Shown here piece after piece: positions 41,676 through 52,479 of a stretch of 64,000 nucleotides of DNA. The translations under genes and the position numbers were made by a program. The notes beneath the pieces were generated by a model, which did no database searches, had not been told where the DNA came from, and saw nothing but the letters and a program-made list of their open reading frames with translations. Position 1 is the stretch's first letter, and each line of letters begins with the position of its first letter. This DNA is from Carcharhinus longimanus (taxonomy: Eukaryota): positions 49,070,630 through 49,134,629 of the forward strand of contig JASCQW010000099.1 of assembly GCA_030264375.1 (NCBI GenBank), written 5' to 3'.

Positions 41676-42549
41676 TAACATTGAAGTGTCCAGAATGTTT
41701 CAAGAAAATTGACAGTTTCAAGGAAGCTGCAGCTTTAAGCTTGCAAGAGAATGCAATAGCATCAATTGATCTGGTACGTTTTGCACAACGCAAATGCCAG
41801 CAACTGCAAAATAATAGAGGTAAAAAATTCTACACTACAGAAACCATGGAAAACCTTCACTGAAAAATGGCCTAATTCAATTCAGCATGTCCACAAACAT
41901 GTAAGACCATTTTGGCGTTACCAGGATGAATTATGCATTCCCTGGGCAGTCATGTTTAAAAGTAGGCAGGTCATCATGCTGGAGAATATTTGCAATCCAA
42001 TATTCTTCAACAATTTCCTCACTCACATATGGGCATAGATCAGATGAAAAGATTTACAATTTGTTGGCCGGGTATGAGAAGTGACTTTGAAGTTATCATC
42101 AAGATGTGCGAGGCATGACAAGAAAAGATGCCAAGTCATCAAAAAGAACCACTCATTCCATATGAAATTCCTACCCATCCTTGGTCCAAAACTGGATCTG
42201 ACCTCATGTCCATGGCACTGACTTCATCATCAAATTACTTTACTAAGTACCCCATTATTTCGCAATTGCCCAGTACATGAAGCACAACTGTCACACACAC
42301 TCTAATTGTTATTTGCAATGTGCCTAGAGAGATCATTAGAGATAACAGTGCAATTTATTGGTACACCATTTCAGGCTATGTGTGAGAAGTGGAATGTCAA
42401 TCACACTACTACTTCTCCTCCTTACCCTAGATCTAACTGCCTAGCTGAACAAATTATTCACAAGGTGAAGTCCCCAAATCTCAAATGTAGACAGACCAAG
42501 CAAGATCTACACATTGCAATGTTACATCTGGAGAGTGATACTTTTAAGT

Positions 42550-42846
42550 GCACATGATTAGCACTACTGCCTCACAGCACCAGGGATCTGGGTTTAATTC
42601 TGGCCTCAAGTTACTGTCCATGTGGAGTTTGCACAATTCTCCCTGTGTCTGCGTGGGTTTCCTCTGGGCACACTGTCCAAAGATGTACGGGTTAGGTTGA
42701 TTGGCCATGCTAAATTGCCCCTTAGTGTCAGGGGGATTGGCAGGGTAAATGTGTAGGGTTACGGGAATAGGGCCTGGGTGGGATTGTGGATGATGCAGAC
42801 TCGATGGGCCGAATGGCCTCCTTCTGCACTGTAGGGATTCTATGAA
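42550..42846 (+). mobile_element. V-SINE (HE1-like) nested in the Gypsy integrase
   Basis: Same head, V-domain and CR1 tail as 30823-31121. Confidence 0.85.
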
Positions 42847-44519
42847 TTCCATCACTGGCACAGCAAATGTTTAGCAAACCAGTGCACATCAATTTACCTA
42901 CCCCTACCCTTTCTACTCACTCAGAAACTAGAGAGCATATTTTAAAACAGAAGAAACGATGAGCAACATTCACAAAATAAATACAGGCGCTGAATTGCCA
43001 GGTTAACAGTCGGGACAACAAGTTCACATTGCCAAGGTGACGAGGATTATTTAGAAATCAAAGTCCTATGAAGTCGTTACACACAAAGGCGCAATGGTGA
43101 TGAATAACTGAGGACAGATCAGATCCATTCCAGCTTCTCAATCATCAAATTGAGACAAGATCCCAGGTGCAACAAGAACACCACCCAAGAATGACAACCC
43201 CAGGGATCCTTATGAACAATTAAAGCAGCCTCCAGACAAGATAGGCATTATAAGACCTGGGTGTAGCACTAATTTACCTCTATGCTTTAAGAGATTCATA
43301 GGTGAATCTGTTCTATACACTTACGTTATGGTAACTAAACGTGAATATGTATTGTGTATTAATTATGCTTCTTTGGAAGGGGTGTAAGTATCATTCAAAA
43401 GGAAAGGAGGATGTTGTAAACTGCAGGGACAGCAGCATGCCATCCCTAAAGTATGTCACATGATTCAGTCAGCCTGTAAGCAGAACACAGCACAGCTCTG
43501 ATGTCTTCAAGCTTTCTATCCGTGTACATGTGTTCTCATGTGCCTAGTCTGAATAAACAAACCTACAAGGTGATTACCCAATCCACCCTGTGTGATTAGT
43601 ACCTTTTATATCATTAGAAAAACAAACAGTTTGGTTGTTTTTCTACATTAGAGTTTCAAACAGCAGAGTTCAAAGGTTTGTCGTGCAGTGCTACATCCTG
43701 CCTCTGGGTGTCATGGGTTGTACTTAATAAATTACTGTGCAGTTCAGTGAGCAATGGTCTGATTAATTAACTAGCTGTTTTCTATACATACAGGCCTCTT
43801 GCCACCAGTGAGAGGCTGTTGGGTTTACTCAATGGGCTCAACCTTTTGCCTGTGAAGAGACAATGATACAAATCAACGGTATTTTGGGAGGGCAGATCTT
43901 AGGTTAGTATGTTTGCTGACAAATTAATGGGAATTTAGCACAACTCCAACAGGGAGGCCTACAATGAGTAATTACTTGAGTACAACTTGCATAAATTGGG
44001 AGTTAAACAGAAGGATAAGAATGTGCTAGAGGACTGGAACATAGTGAGGGGTGAGATTAACACAGGATAGAAAACAGCCAACAACATTTTCAGTGAGTTT
44101 AAATTTTTGGAGGGTGGAAAATGGGAGGCCGACCAGAAGAATATTTAAATAATTGGATCTGGAAATGACAACATGATAGAAAAGGGACTTTATGACGGAG
44201 GTTATAAGGTCATAAGCTCAGCTTTGGTCCAATAGGATGGCAGGTTGTAAATCTGATTCCAGAATTACACTGGAGGACAAACACAGCGGTTTTTGTTATG
44301 CCAATGGGCTGGATACCAGACAAGTGCCCGGCTGAAAAGACAAAATTAAAATAACACATTTCTTTTAAGATTAAAAGACAGAAAGGCCTAAAGTCCTCAA
44401 TATTAATCAGAAAGCAGAATTTGTAACAAATATTTTCTTCTGGGGTGCCCATAAGGAATGCACCATTAATTTCACACCCCTTTTACCAAATAAATATTAA
44501 TTCCCTCCACCATCTACTC

Positions 44520-45145
44520 TCAGTGGCAGCAATGAGTACCATTTACACGATGCACTGCAGTAATGCGCCAAGCCTCCTTTGCAGCTTTTTATAAACCTGT
44601 GATCTCTAGAAAGGCAAGGGTAACAAATGCATGGGAACACCATCACCTGCAAGTGCCCCTTCAAGTCACCCATCATCCTGACTTGAAACTATATTGTCAT
44701 TATTTCCTCGTCGCCAGGCCAAAGTCCTGGAACTCCTTCTGCAGCAGCACCGGGGGCGCACCCACCCTGCAGCAGCACCGGGGGCGCACCCACCCTGCAG
44801 CAGCACCGGGGGCGCNNNNNNNNNNNNNNNNNNNNNNNNNNNNNNNNNNNNNNNNNNNNNNNNNNNNNNNNNNNNNNNNNNNNNNNNNNNNNNNNNNNNN
44901 NNNNNNNNNNNNNNNACCCTGCAGCACCACCGGGGGCGCACCCACCCTGCAGCACCACCGGCGCAGCCACCCTGCAGCAGCACCGGGGGTGCACCCACCC
45001 TGCAGCAGCACCGGGGGTGCACCCACCCTGCAGCAGCACCGCTGGCGCACCCACCCTGCAGCAGCTCAAGAAGGTGCACCAACTTGCCAAAGGCAATTAG
45101 GGATTGGCAATGAATGGCAGACTTGCCAGCAATGCCCACATCACA
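44520..45145 (+). mobile_element. LINE (CR1/L2 group) 3' end hosting a minisatellite
   Basis: atgggaacaccatcacctgcaag...tcctggaactcc [array] caagaagg...ggcaattagggattggcaatgaatg. An antisense homologue lies at about 25990-26190. Confidence 0.7.
44739..45065. repeat. 28-bp GC-rich minisatellite (ctgcagcagcaccgggggcgcacccacc)n, interrupted by a gap
   Basis: Units start at 44739, 44767 and 44795, and variant units continue after the gap. Confidence 0.95.
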
Positions 45146-45644
45146 TGGGCTAAATATTACAGTGGGAAGGGAATGCCAATGGTTCCAATGGAGGTATTAA
45201 AATGCAGCCCCATGAATGAATAAAAGCCAAGCAAGATTCTGTTCACTACACGTAGCAAAATCAGAAATATTTATTCTTTTAAGTTCACATTATTTTGCTA
45301 TGTGTATTTTGCAGAGGAATCCATCCCAGCTTCCTTTACCACTCCCAAGTCCTGAACTGCCACCAAATTCACTCTACTTATGGTTATCCAAAACATAAAA
45401 TAACTTAAAGCCTGAGACATTGGCCAATGTACTGTCAGCAAGGAAACTCTGTAATGAAACTAATAGCATTGTTAGTAATTCCAAATCTGCGAAGCACTGC
45501 TAATTCAAATCATTTTAATTATACTGTGAATCGACTGAAACAAACCTAATTAAATACACTCATCAGATTGCTTTCAGCTCCAGTTATTAGGACAATCAAT
45601 AGCATGCAATGACAATATCGTACTTGAAACGCTAGCTATTACCT

Positions 45645-47095
45645 TAAGTCAAAGAAAGTGCTGGAAATACTAACCAGGTCAGACCGAATGTGTGCAGAGA
45701 GAACAGTACCCACAATATTTTGCTTTTGTATTATTGTTTAACTCACTGCCACTTCTCTTCCAGGAATGTTCTTGTTGAATCAGTTCTGATTATGCAATCT
45801 TCCGTACCAGTATTTCTGACATGTCTTCCCTTTCCTTCAGTCGAAGAATTCTTTCCCTCCCCCACTATAGAGAACAGGGCTCTCAATCGCTGTCCATCCC
45901 ACTTCCCGCACTCCCCATCTCATCCCTTCCTCTTCCTCCCAGAACAACAATAGACGTTCCCTTGTCCTCACTTTCCATTGCACCATTCTCCATATTCAAC
46001 AGATTATCCTCCTCCATTTCCTTCACTACAACTTGATGCCATTACCAAACACATCTTCCTCTCCCCTTCACATTTCCTCAACAATCCCCTGATCCACTCC
46101 TCAATCACTGCCCAGCATCCTCTCCCCTTCCCACACATTCTTTCCAAGCAAGTGCAGGACATACAACAACTATCCTTTTACCTCCTTTCTCCTCACCGCC
46201 CAAGACTCCTAACAAACTCCTTCCTAATGAAGCTGTGATTTCGGTGTTCTTCTTCCACTTTGGTGCATCGTATTCACTGCTCACCACGCCGACTACTCTA
46301 CACCAGGGAGACGAAACACAGAGTGACCCCGAGTTTCCGGTTAGCTGTCATTTTAATTCTCTCCCTTGCTCTTACACTAACTTCTCTATCCTCAGCCTAT
46401 TGCAGTGTCCAATGAAGCCTAATGCAAGCTCAAGGAACAGCATCTTGACTTTCAGTCAGGCACTTTACAGCAATCTGGACTTGCTGAGTTCAACAATATC
46501 AGACTGTAACCCGCACCCATTTTTGTTTCCAGTACTATTTTGTTGCTGCAGATTTCAGTTTTACTCATTTTTCTTTTGCTTCTGCTCTCAGAAGGAAGTT
46601 GTTTATCATTCTGCCATTCACACCTCCTCCAGACACCCCTTTTGTTTCTTTACTTGCCCCATTATCACATCCTTTAGCCTTATACCACCAACTCTTTGTC
46701 GTTTAGTCTCAGCCTTCTTCTATGCTATTGCAAACCTTCCTTTATTTTTAAGCACCCCCTCCCTTTGCTTGCTTGAAACCAACTGCAATTCTAGTAGAAT
46801 CGCAGATTTATAGACTCAGAGAATGGTTACAGCACAGGAGGCCATTCATGTGGCCGTCTACAGAAGCAATTTACCTACCATCTCCCTGTTATTTCCCCTG
46901 TTGCACCTCATATTTTTCCTTTAGCTCGGGATCCAATTCCCTTTTGAATGTGTGGATTGAACCTGCCTCCATCACATTCACAGACAGTGCATTCCAGTCC
47001 TGGAGAAAGGTCACTGAGCTGAAATGTTAACTCCACTTCTCTCTCCCCAGATGCCGCCCGACCTACTGAGTATTTCCAGCATTTTGTTCTTTTAA
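45645..47095. mobile_element. Decayed Penelope-like element with an inverted terminal segment
   Basis: gtgctggaaatactaaccaggtcagac at about 45658 is inverted relative to gacctactgagtatttccagcatttt at about 47060. Internal pyrimidine-rich sequence, and a hammerhead-like relic at 47000-47031. Confidence 0.55.
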
Positions 47096-47136
47096 ATTAC
47101 TTTGTGTCAGCAAAGAGAAAAAAACTGTTTTCTCAC

Positions 47137-47346
47137 CAGGAGCATCATATTTCAGAACTTCCTGGAAGGACACGGACATAACAGGATGTTTGAGCTTCTC
47201 CCTGAAGTCGGTGATGGTCTGGTAGGCCAGAAACACTGCTACGGACATCAGGAGCAGATAGATAAAGATAAGAATCACAGCAAAAGTGTTCTTCAGACAT
47301 GCTTTTCCAAAGACAGAAGGAAGACTTGAGGAGCCAAGTTCATCAT
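47137..47346 (-). CDS. PACC1: Proton-activated chloride channel, TM1 exon (equivalent to human exon 3; 210 bp, phase 1 to 1)
   Basis: Minus-strand acceptor ttgttccag| and donor G|gtgaga. Translates DELGSSSLPSVFGKACLKNTFAVILIFIYLLLMSVAVFLAYQTITDFREKLKHPVMSVSFQEVLKYDAP(G). Confidence 0.95.
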
Positions 47347-49422
47347 CTGGAACAAGGAAAAAAATAGTAATTTAAATACAAATTCTTTCCCTATTTTAAG
47401 GCTTTGCAGCAAACTCTATGTTGTTCAGAGTTAACAGTGGCACAATAAAGTAACAAAATTATTCATATCTCAGTGGCTACTGTTTTCAGAAATGCTTTGG
47501 TTCGGATCTTGCAGTCGGTAATGAGGTAAAGGTGCTCACCACTCATCACTAAGGTCTAAATTAGATTAGGGGCAGATGATTCCAGAAAGAATGTGCAGGC
47601 TGTGCAGAGTACAGAAAAAAATCCCTCCAACCCTCACACGCTTCCCATTCCCTATGTCCCATCCATATCAACCCCACGGCCCCATACTTAGTTCCCCTGT
47701 ACCCATTCATCATAGACCCATACCCCCATCCACTATCCTTTGCCCTTACTCCCTCCATGTCAATTCAGTTAGTAGCCTTGGACAGTTCCTTGACAGCTTT
47801 TACACTTCCTGGATAGTTTTGACAGGTTTAATAGCTGGACTATTCTACTGAGTTTGTGTGTAAACAGTACATAATCATGTTCATGTTTAAAGATCCCAAA
47901 GGCTGCCTTATATCTTCCAAAGGGAGCCTTTGGAACACAGCAAAACAATACCATACCCCTTCAGATGCCCTGGGACCTGATCCAAAGGGATATAATGGCT
48001 ATCCAAACAGATCCATCAAGTTCAGATCTCCTCTTACCAGTTCTAATCCACACACCAGGTTCTTCGAAAATCCAGTTTCAGTGGAGGTAGCTAGTGATTT
48101 AAAGGTCAGCTATATTCACATGCACAACCCCGATCCAATTTCAATCATATCCCCGTGAAGTTGGGAAATATCACATTCGAGGACAGGCATTAGAAAGTTT
48201 GGTCAGTTCAGGGATTTTTGCCACCATGTCCTTTATCATCTGAAGTCCATTGGGATTTTACTTGCCCTTATGGAAGTAGTCACGGATTGAACACTAGAGG
48301 GGTAGACAGGTCATAGTTTAGTATAGCCTAGATGGATCTGGCTGTGCTCCTGATGCGTAAACATTTAACATTCTCCGACGTAAAGGGGCAGTTGCAGGAA
48401 TGGTAAGAGGAGAATGTCAGGAGTGGGGGCAATGTTGGGGACAAGGAGATTTTAAAAAATTCTTTCATGGGATGGGAGATTTCATTCTCTAGGATCAGGA
48501 GCAATTCAATGTGCAGCTTAAGAGAGGAAATAAAAAAGGTTTAGTGCAGAAAGATTTTGGACAGCAGCAGACAACAAAAACTTTGAAGGAGAGATGGTTG
48601 ACAAAAAGTCAGATGATCAAAAGGAAAAAAAATGTCATAAGAGAAAGAGAATGTCAGGTGGGATAACAAGCTGATAATGAATTACGTTTTTCCAACATGC
48701 GTATTTTTTTTGCAACTGTCTTCCATGGATACTTTCTGATAATTTAATTCAACTGCTGGGGTCTTGTTTTTAGTTGAATAAGTAAATGTTTTCATGTTGC
48801 AGGAACAAAGTACAAGGTGACACATTCTGCTAAACTATAATATTGAGCACTGAACCTAAATGTTTATCTGAAGGATACAAAAGAAGACAAAATAAGAATA
48901 AAGACAGCATTGGAGCCCACTTTAAAAAAAACATCTATTTACTAAATTGTTAGTCATGCTGTATTTCAGAGCTGGGTATTGACTAATATTACTGTTGTGA
49001 TAAAGATGTTCTTGTAGAATAATAGAATCCCGACAGTGAAGAAAGAGGCCATTCGGCCCATTAAGTTTGCGCTATTGACAAGGTACCTATGGAAATGAAT
49101 GACAGCGTTCAACAGCTAAAGGCAAACCAGTCAAGGTTTATTGCTTGAATAAAAGACCATCATTTTTAAGATAACTCTCCAGACAAGTTAACCAAATTTT
49201 AATTGGAATATGCAATTCTTATTTGAATTGTTGGCAGTTGAGGGAGAAGTTGCATGACAAGCCAAGCTGTACGTGTGTTTTAAGCACATAATTTTTAGTA
49301 AAACAGGGCTAACCATTTAGCAAAAGTGAAAGATCTTGCCAACTCTCTCTCTCCACCCGACTAAAAGCTTGATGGACCCTTTCTACTAATTTGAGCTTTA
49401 CTCCATTCTGCAGTAGATTCAA

Positions 49423-49680
49423 GCCCGATAACAATCCCACCCAGGCCCTACTCCCGTAACCCCACGTCTTTACGCCGCTAATCCCCCTGATACTAAGGGG
49501 CAATTTAGCATTGCCAATCAACCTCACCCACACATCTTTGAACTGTGGGAGGAAACTGGAGCACCCGGAGGAAACCAGCGCAGACACGGGGAGAAAGTGC
49601 AAACTCCACACAGACAGTGACCCAAGGCCGGAATTGAACCCAGGTCCCTGGCGCTGAGAGAGGCAGCAGCGCTAAACACC
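49423..49680 (-). mobile_element. V-SINE (HE1-like), antisense
   Basis: Reverse complement of the head and V-domain (tgtgggaggaaactggagcacccggaggaaacc). Confidence 0.85.
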
Positions 49681-50049
49681 TCAGCCCTGGAAGCAAAACC
49701 ACTGGATTCTAGCTGCAGCCAGTGAAGCCCAAGCTACAACATGTGAATTTTTAAAATTATTACCAGCTCCAATNNNNNNNNNNNNNNNNNNNNNNNNNNN
49801 NNNNNNNNNNNNNNNNNNNNNNNNNNNNNNNNNNNNNNNNNNNNNNNNNNNNNNNNNNNNNNNNNNNNNNNNNNNNNNNNNNNNNNNNNNNNNNNNNNNN
49901 NNNNNNNNNNNNNNNNNNNNNNNNNNNNNNNNNNNNNNNNNNNNNNNNNNNNNNNNNNNNNNNNNNNNNNNNNNGTCCTACTGTCTTTTTTGAGCGGGAA
50001 GAGTCTCTCCACCTCTATCCTATCCATCCCATTCATCATCTTATACGTC

Positions 50050-50145
50050 TAGACTTGAAACACGGATGCTATCAGACCTGCTGAGATTTTTCAGCACTTT
50101 CTGTTTTTGTTTCAGATTCCAGCATCTGCAGCGTTTTGCTTTCAT
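50050..50145 (+). mobile_element. Penelope terminal-repeat fragment
   Basis: gatgctatcagacctgctgagatttttcagcac...ttcagattccagcatctgcagc, homologous to 47050-47095 and 33975-34020. Confidence 0.55.
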
Positions 50146-50439
50146 CACAGCATATAAAAAGTTAGGTTCATACTCACTTGGCAAGGATAAGGTTATCCAA
50201 AGCGGTCGCATCAATGTAAACCAGATAACATTCCCACATCTAGCCACTACTGCAGAGAATTGGAACTAGAAAATGCCAACAATCAACATCCCAGGGAAAA
50301 AGTAACGACAGAACGGTGGAAAGAATGCTCAATTTACCCAAACAATTTTACAGATCACTTCCTTTAACCAACAAGAGACAATGCAACAATTATACTGGGT
50401 ACACTGTGGAGTTTCCGTGAGTCTGAGAGCATTGTGGAT

Positions 50440-51545
50440 AGCACATTTAGGAAGGTAGTCACACCAGAGCTGAAGAGACTTGAGGAAGGAAGGGAATGGG
50501 TGAATATCAGGCAGTCCAAGAGATATAGGCAGGTAGTTCAGGAGTCCCCTGGGGCCTCGCTTGCAAATCGATACTCCATTTTGGAGGCTGATTAGGACAC
50601 TGGTTCCACCAGGGAGTGCAGACAGAGCCAAGCCTCTGGCACATAAGAAGCTTGTCTATACAGAAGGGATGGGTAGAGAGGCAGGGCAATAGCAATGGAG
50701 GATTCTACAGTCAGGGGTATAGTCAGGTTACAAAAGCAGGGATGTCATATAGGAGTCGTACAAGCTTTGATGAGGCCAAAGCTAGAGTACTGTGTACAGT
50801 TCTGATTGCTACATTATAGAAAGGATAGGCACAATCGGACTCCAGGATGGCGTGTTGCCTCCCTGATGCTGGGGTCTGGGATGTCACTGAACAACTGCAG
50901 GGCACTCTGAAGGGGGAGGGTGATAAGGCAGAGGTCATGGTACATGTTAGCACCAAAGATATAGATAGCAAGAGGGATCAGGGCTTGCATCAAGAATTCT
51001 GGGAGTTAGGCAGTATACTAAAAAGCAAGACCTCTAGGTTGTAATCTCGGGATTATTCCCAGTGCCACGTGCCGGCGAACACAGAAATAGGAGGACAGCG
51101 TAAGTGAATGTGTGGCTTAAGAGTTGGTGCAGGAGGGAGGGTTTTAGATTCCTGGATTGCTGGGACCATTTCTGGAGAAGGTGGGACCTATACAAATGGG
51201 ACAGTCCACATCCGTACCAGAACAGGATTAACATCCTTGTGGGATGTTTTGCTAGTGCTGTTGGGAGGAGTTTGAAGTAGTTTTGCAGGGGAAGAGGACA
51301 CAGAACGTTAGCAGAATAAGGAATTATACAGCAAAACAAACAAGTCAGAGGGAGTGCAGCTGTATTAGGTTTCAAGGCAGTAANNNNNNNNNNNNNNNNN
51401 NNNNNNNNNNNNNNNNNNNNNNNNNNNNNNNNNNNNNNNNNNNNNNNNNNNNNNNNNNNNNNNNNNNNNNNNNNNNNNNNNNNGGCAGGCTCGAAGGGCT
51501 AGATGGCCTACTCCTGCTCCTACTTCTTATGTTCTTATGTTCTTA
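50440..51545 (+). mobile_element. CR1 ORF1 (SGNH esterase) region, then a gap, then a CR1 3' tail
   Basis: CCLPDAGVWDVTEQLQGTLKGEGDKAEVMVHVSTKDI and VVISGLFPVP resemble the CR1 ORF1 esterase. Confidence 0.8.
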
Positions 51546-52479
51546 AGAAAAAGGAGGTGCAGAGCCTATTCCATACACAGAGGATGAACCCCAGAGAGTC
51601 TTTGCTCAAAAGCAGCTTGCTAGACCCATGGTCTATAAATGGTGTCTAACATACTTCTGGAAATGTCATGGAACAAGTGTCGCTGAAGATTACTCAAGTC
51701 TAGGAAATTATTTGGCCACATACGCCACCTGGTGTTACAGGGAACCATTGGGCATCCACTGTCGGCATTGCCGAAAGTCCCTGCAATCTCAAGTTTTACA
51801 CTTATAGCTCCTTCCACGGTTTCCAGACCTCTGAGATCTCATAAGCTTCTCCACATGTGCTAGCCACTGTGCCACCTTAATACTACAATGTAGAAGAATG
51901 AGAGGTGATCTAATTGAAATATATAAAAATCTGAAAGACGTCTTACAGCATAGATGTTAGGTGGATATTTTCTCTGGCTGGAGGGGTGGGGGGGGGGGGA
52001 GTCAAGAACTGGGGAGGATGAGAGTCTGTCTCAAAATAAGGAATCAGCTATTTAGCACTGAAATTGGGAAAGATTTATTCACTCAGAGTGATGAAGCTTG
52101 GAATTCTCTGCTGCAGTGAATTATGCTCAGTGAGCTAATTCTTCTGTTAGAATCATGGGGTAGAATTTTTCACCTCCGTTTGAGGGGTGGGAACAATGGC
52201 ATGGGTGGAAAATCCCACAACGGCTTTTACATCAGCAGGATTTCCCCAATCGACAATGCCCACCAACAATGTAACAGGAATCCTGACTTTCAAAGTCAGG
52301 GTGCCAATTTAAATATTATCAAACCTTTATGCTTAACAACTCACATCTGACAAGCTCACCCCTTTTGCTGCTTCATCTTACTCTCCCGTTATCCCTACTG
52401 CTGAACAAGAAGCTTCAGGTTCAAATCCAACACCAGGACTTGCAGGCCATGGAAGGGGCATTCAGTGCTGTTCACCAAG

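Larger units (their letters stand above)
39913..43613 (+). mobile_element. Internally deleted Gypsy-type LTR retrotransposon with both LTRs
   Basis: 5' LTR at 39913-about 40118 and 3' LTR at 43412-43613; both begin tgttgtaa and share agggaca.cagcatg, atgtcttcaag and tgtgcct.gtctgaataaa. Polypurine tract aaaaggaaaggagga at 43397-43411. Gag Cys/His knuckle relics at about 40755-40860, protease KIDTGASANI, and integrase WPGMRSD, PWSK.GSDL and WNVNHTTTSPPYPRSNCLAE. Confidence 0.85.

Noticed and set aside
41518-41676. Long hairpin as a pre-miRNA or MITE
   Set aside because: The arms are not terminal, the TSD is 13 bp, a hammerhead core is present, and a single-arm copy exists at 57528. All of this favours a Penelope origin.
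44739-45065. 28-bp repeat of CRISPR-like length
   Set aside because: Units are head-to-tail with no spacers, there are no cas genes, and the context is vertebrate.
44563-45153. Five overlapping long ORFs rich in Cys/Pro/Ala/Gly
   Set aside because: They are read-through of the 28-bp minisatellite and an N gap, not a gene.
46235-46813. 192-aa ORF
   Set aside because: It lies in a decayed Penelope-like remnant, is low-complexity, and has no recognisable domain or exon structure.
48037-48160. Strong minus-strand donor (CTG|gtaaga) as a candidate PACC1 exon 2
   Set aside because: The required phase-1 frame hits TGA 14 codons upstream, and there is no homology.
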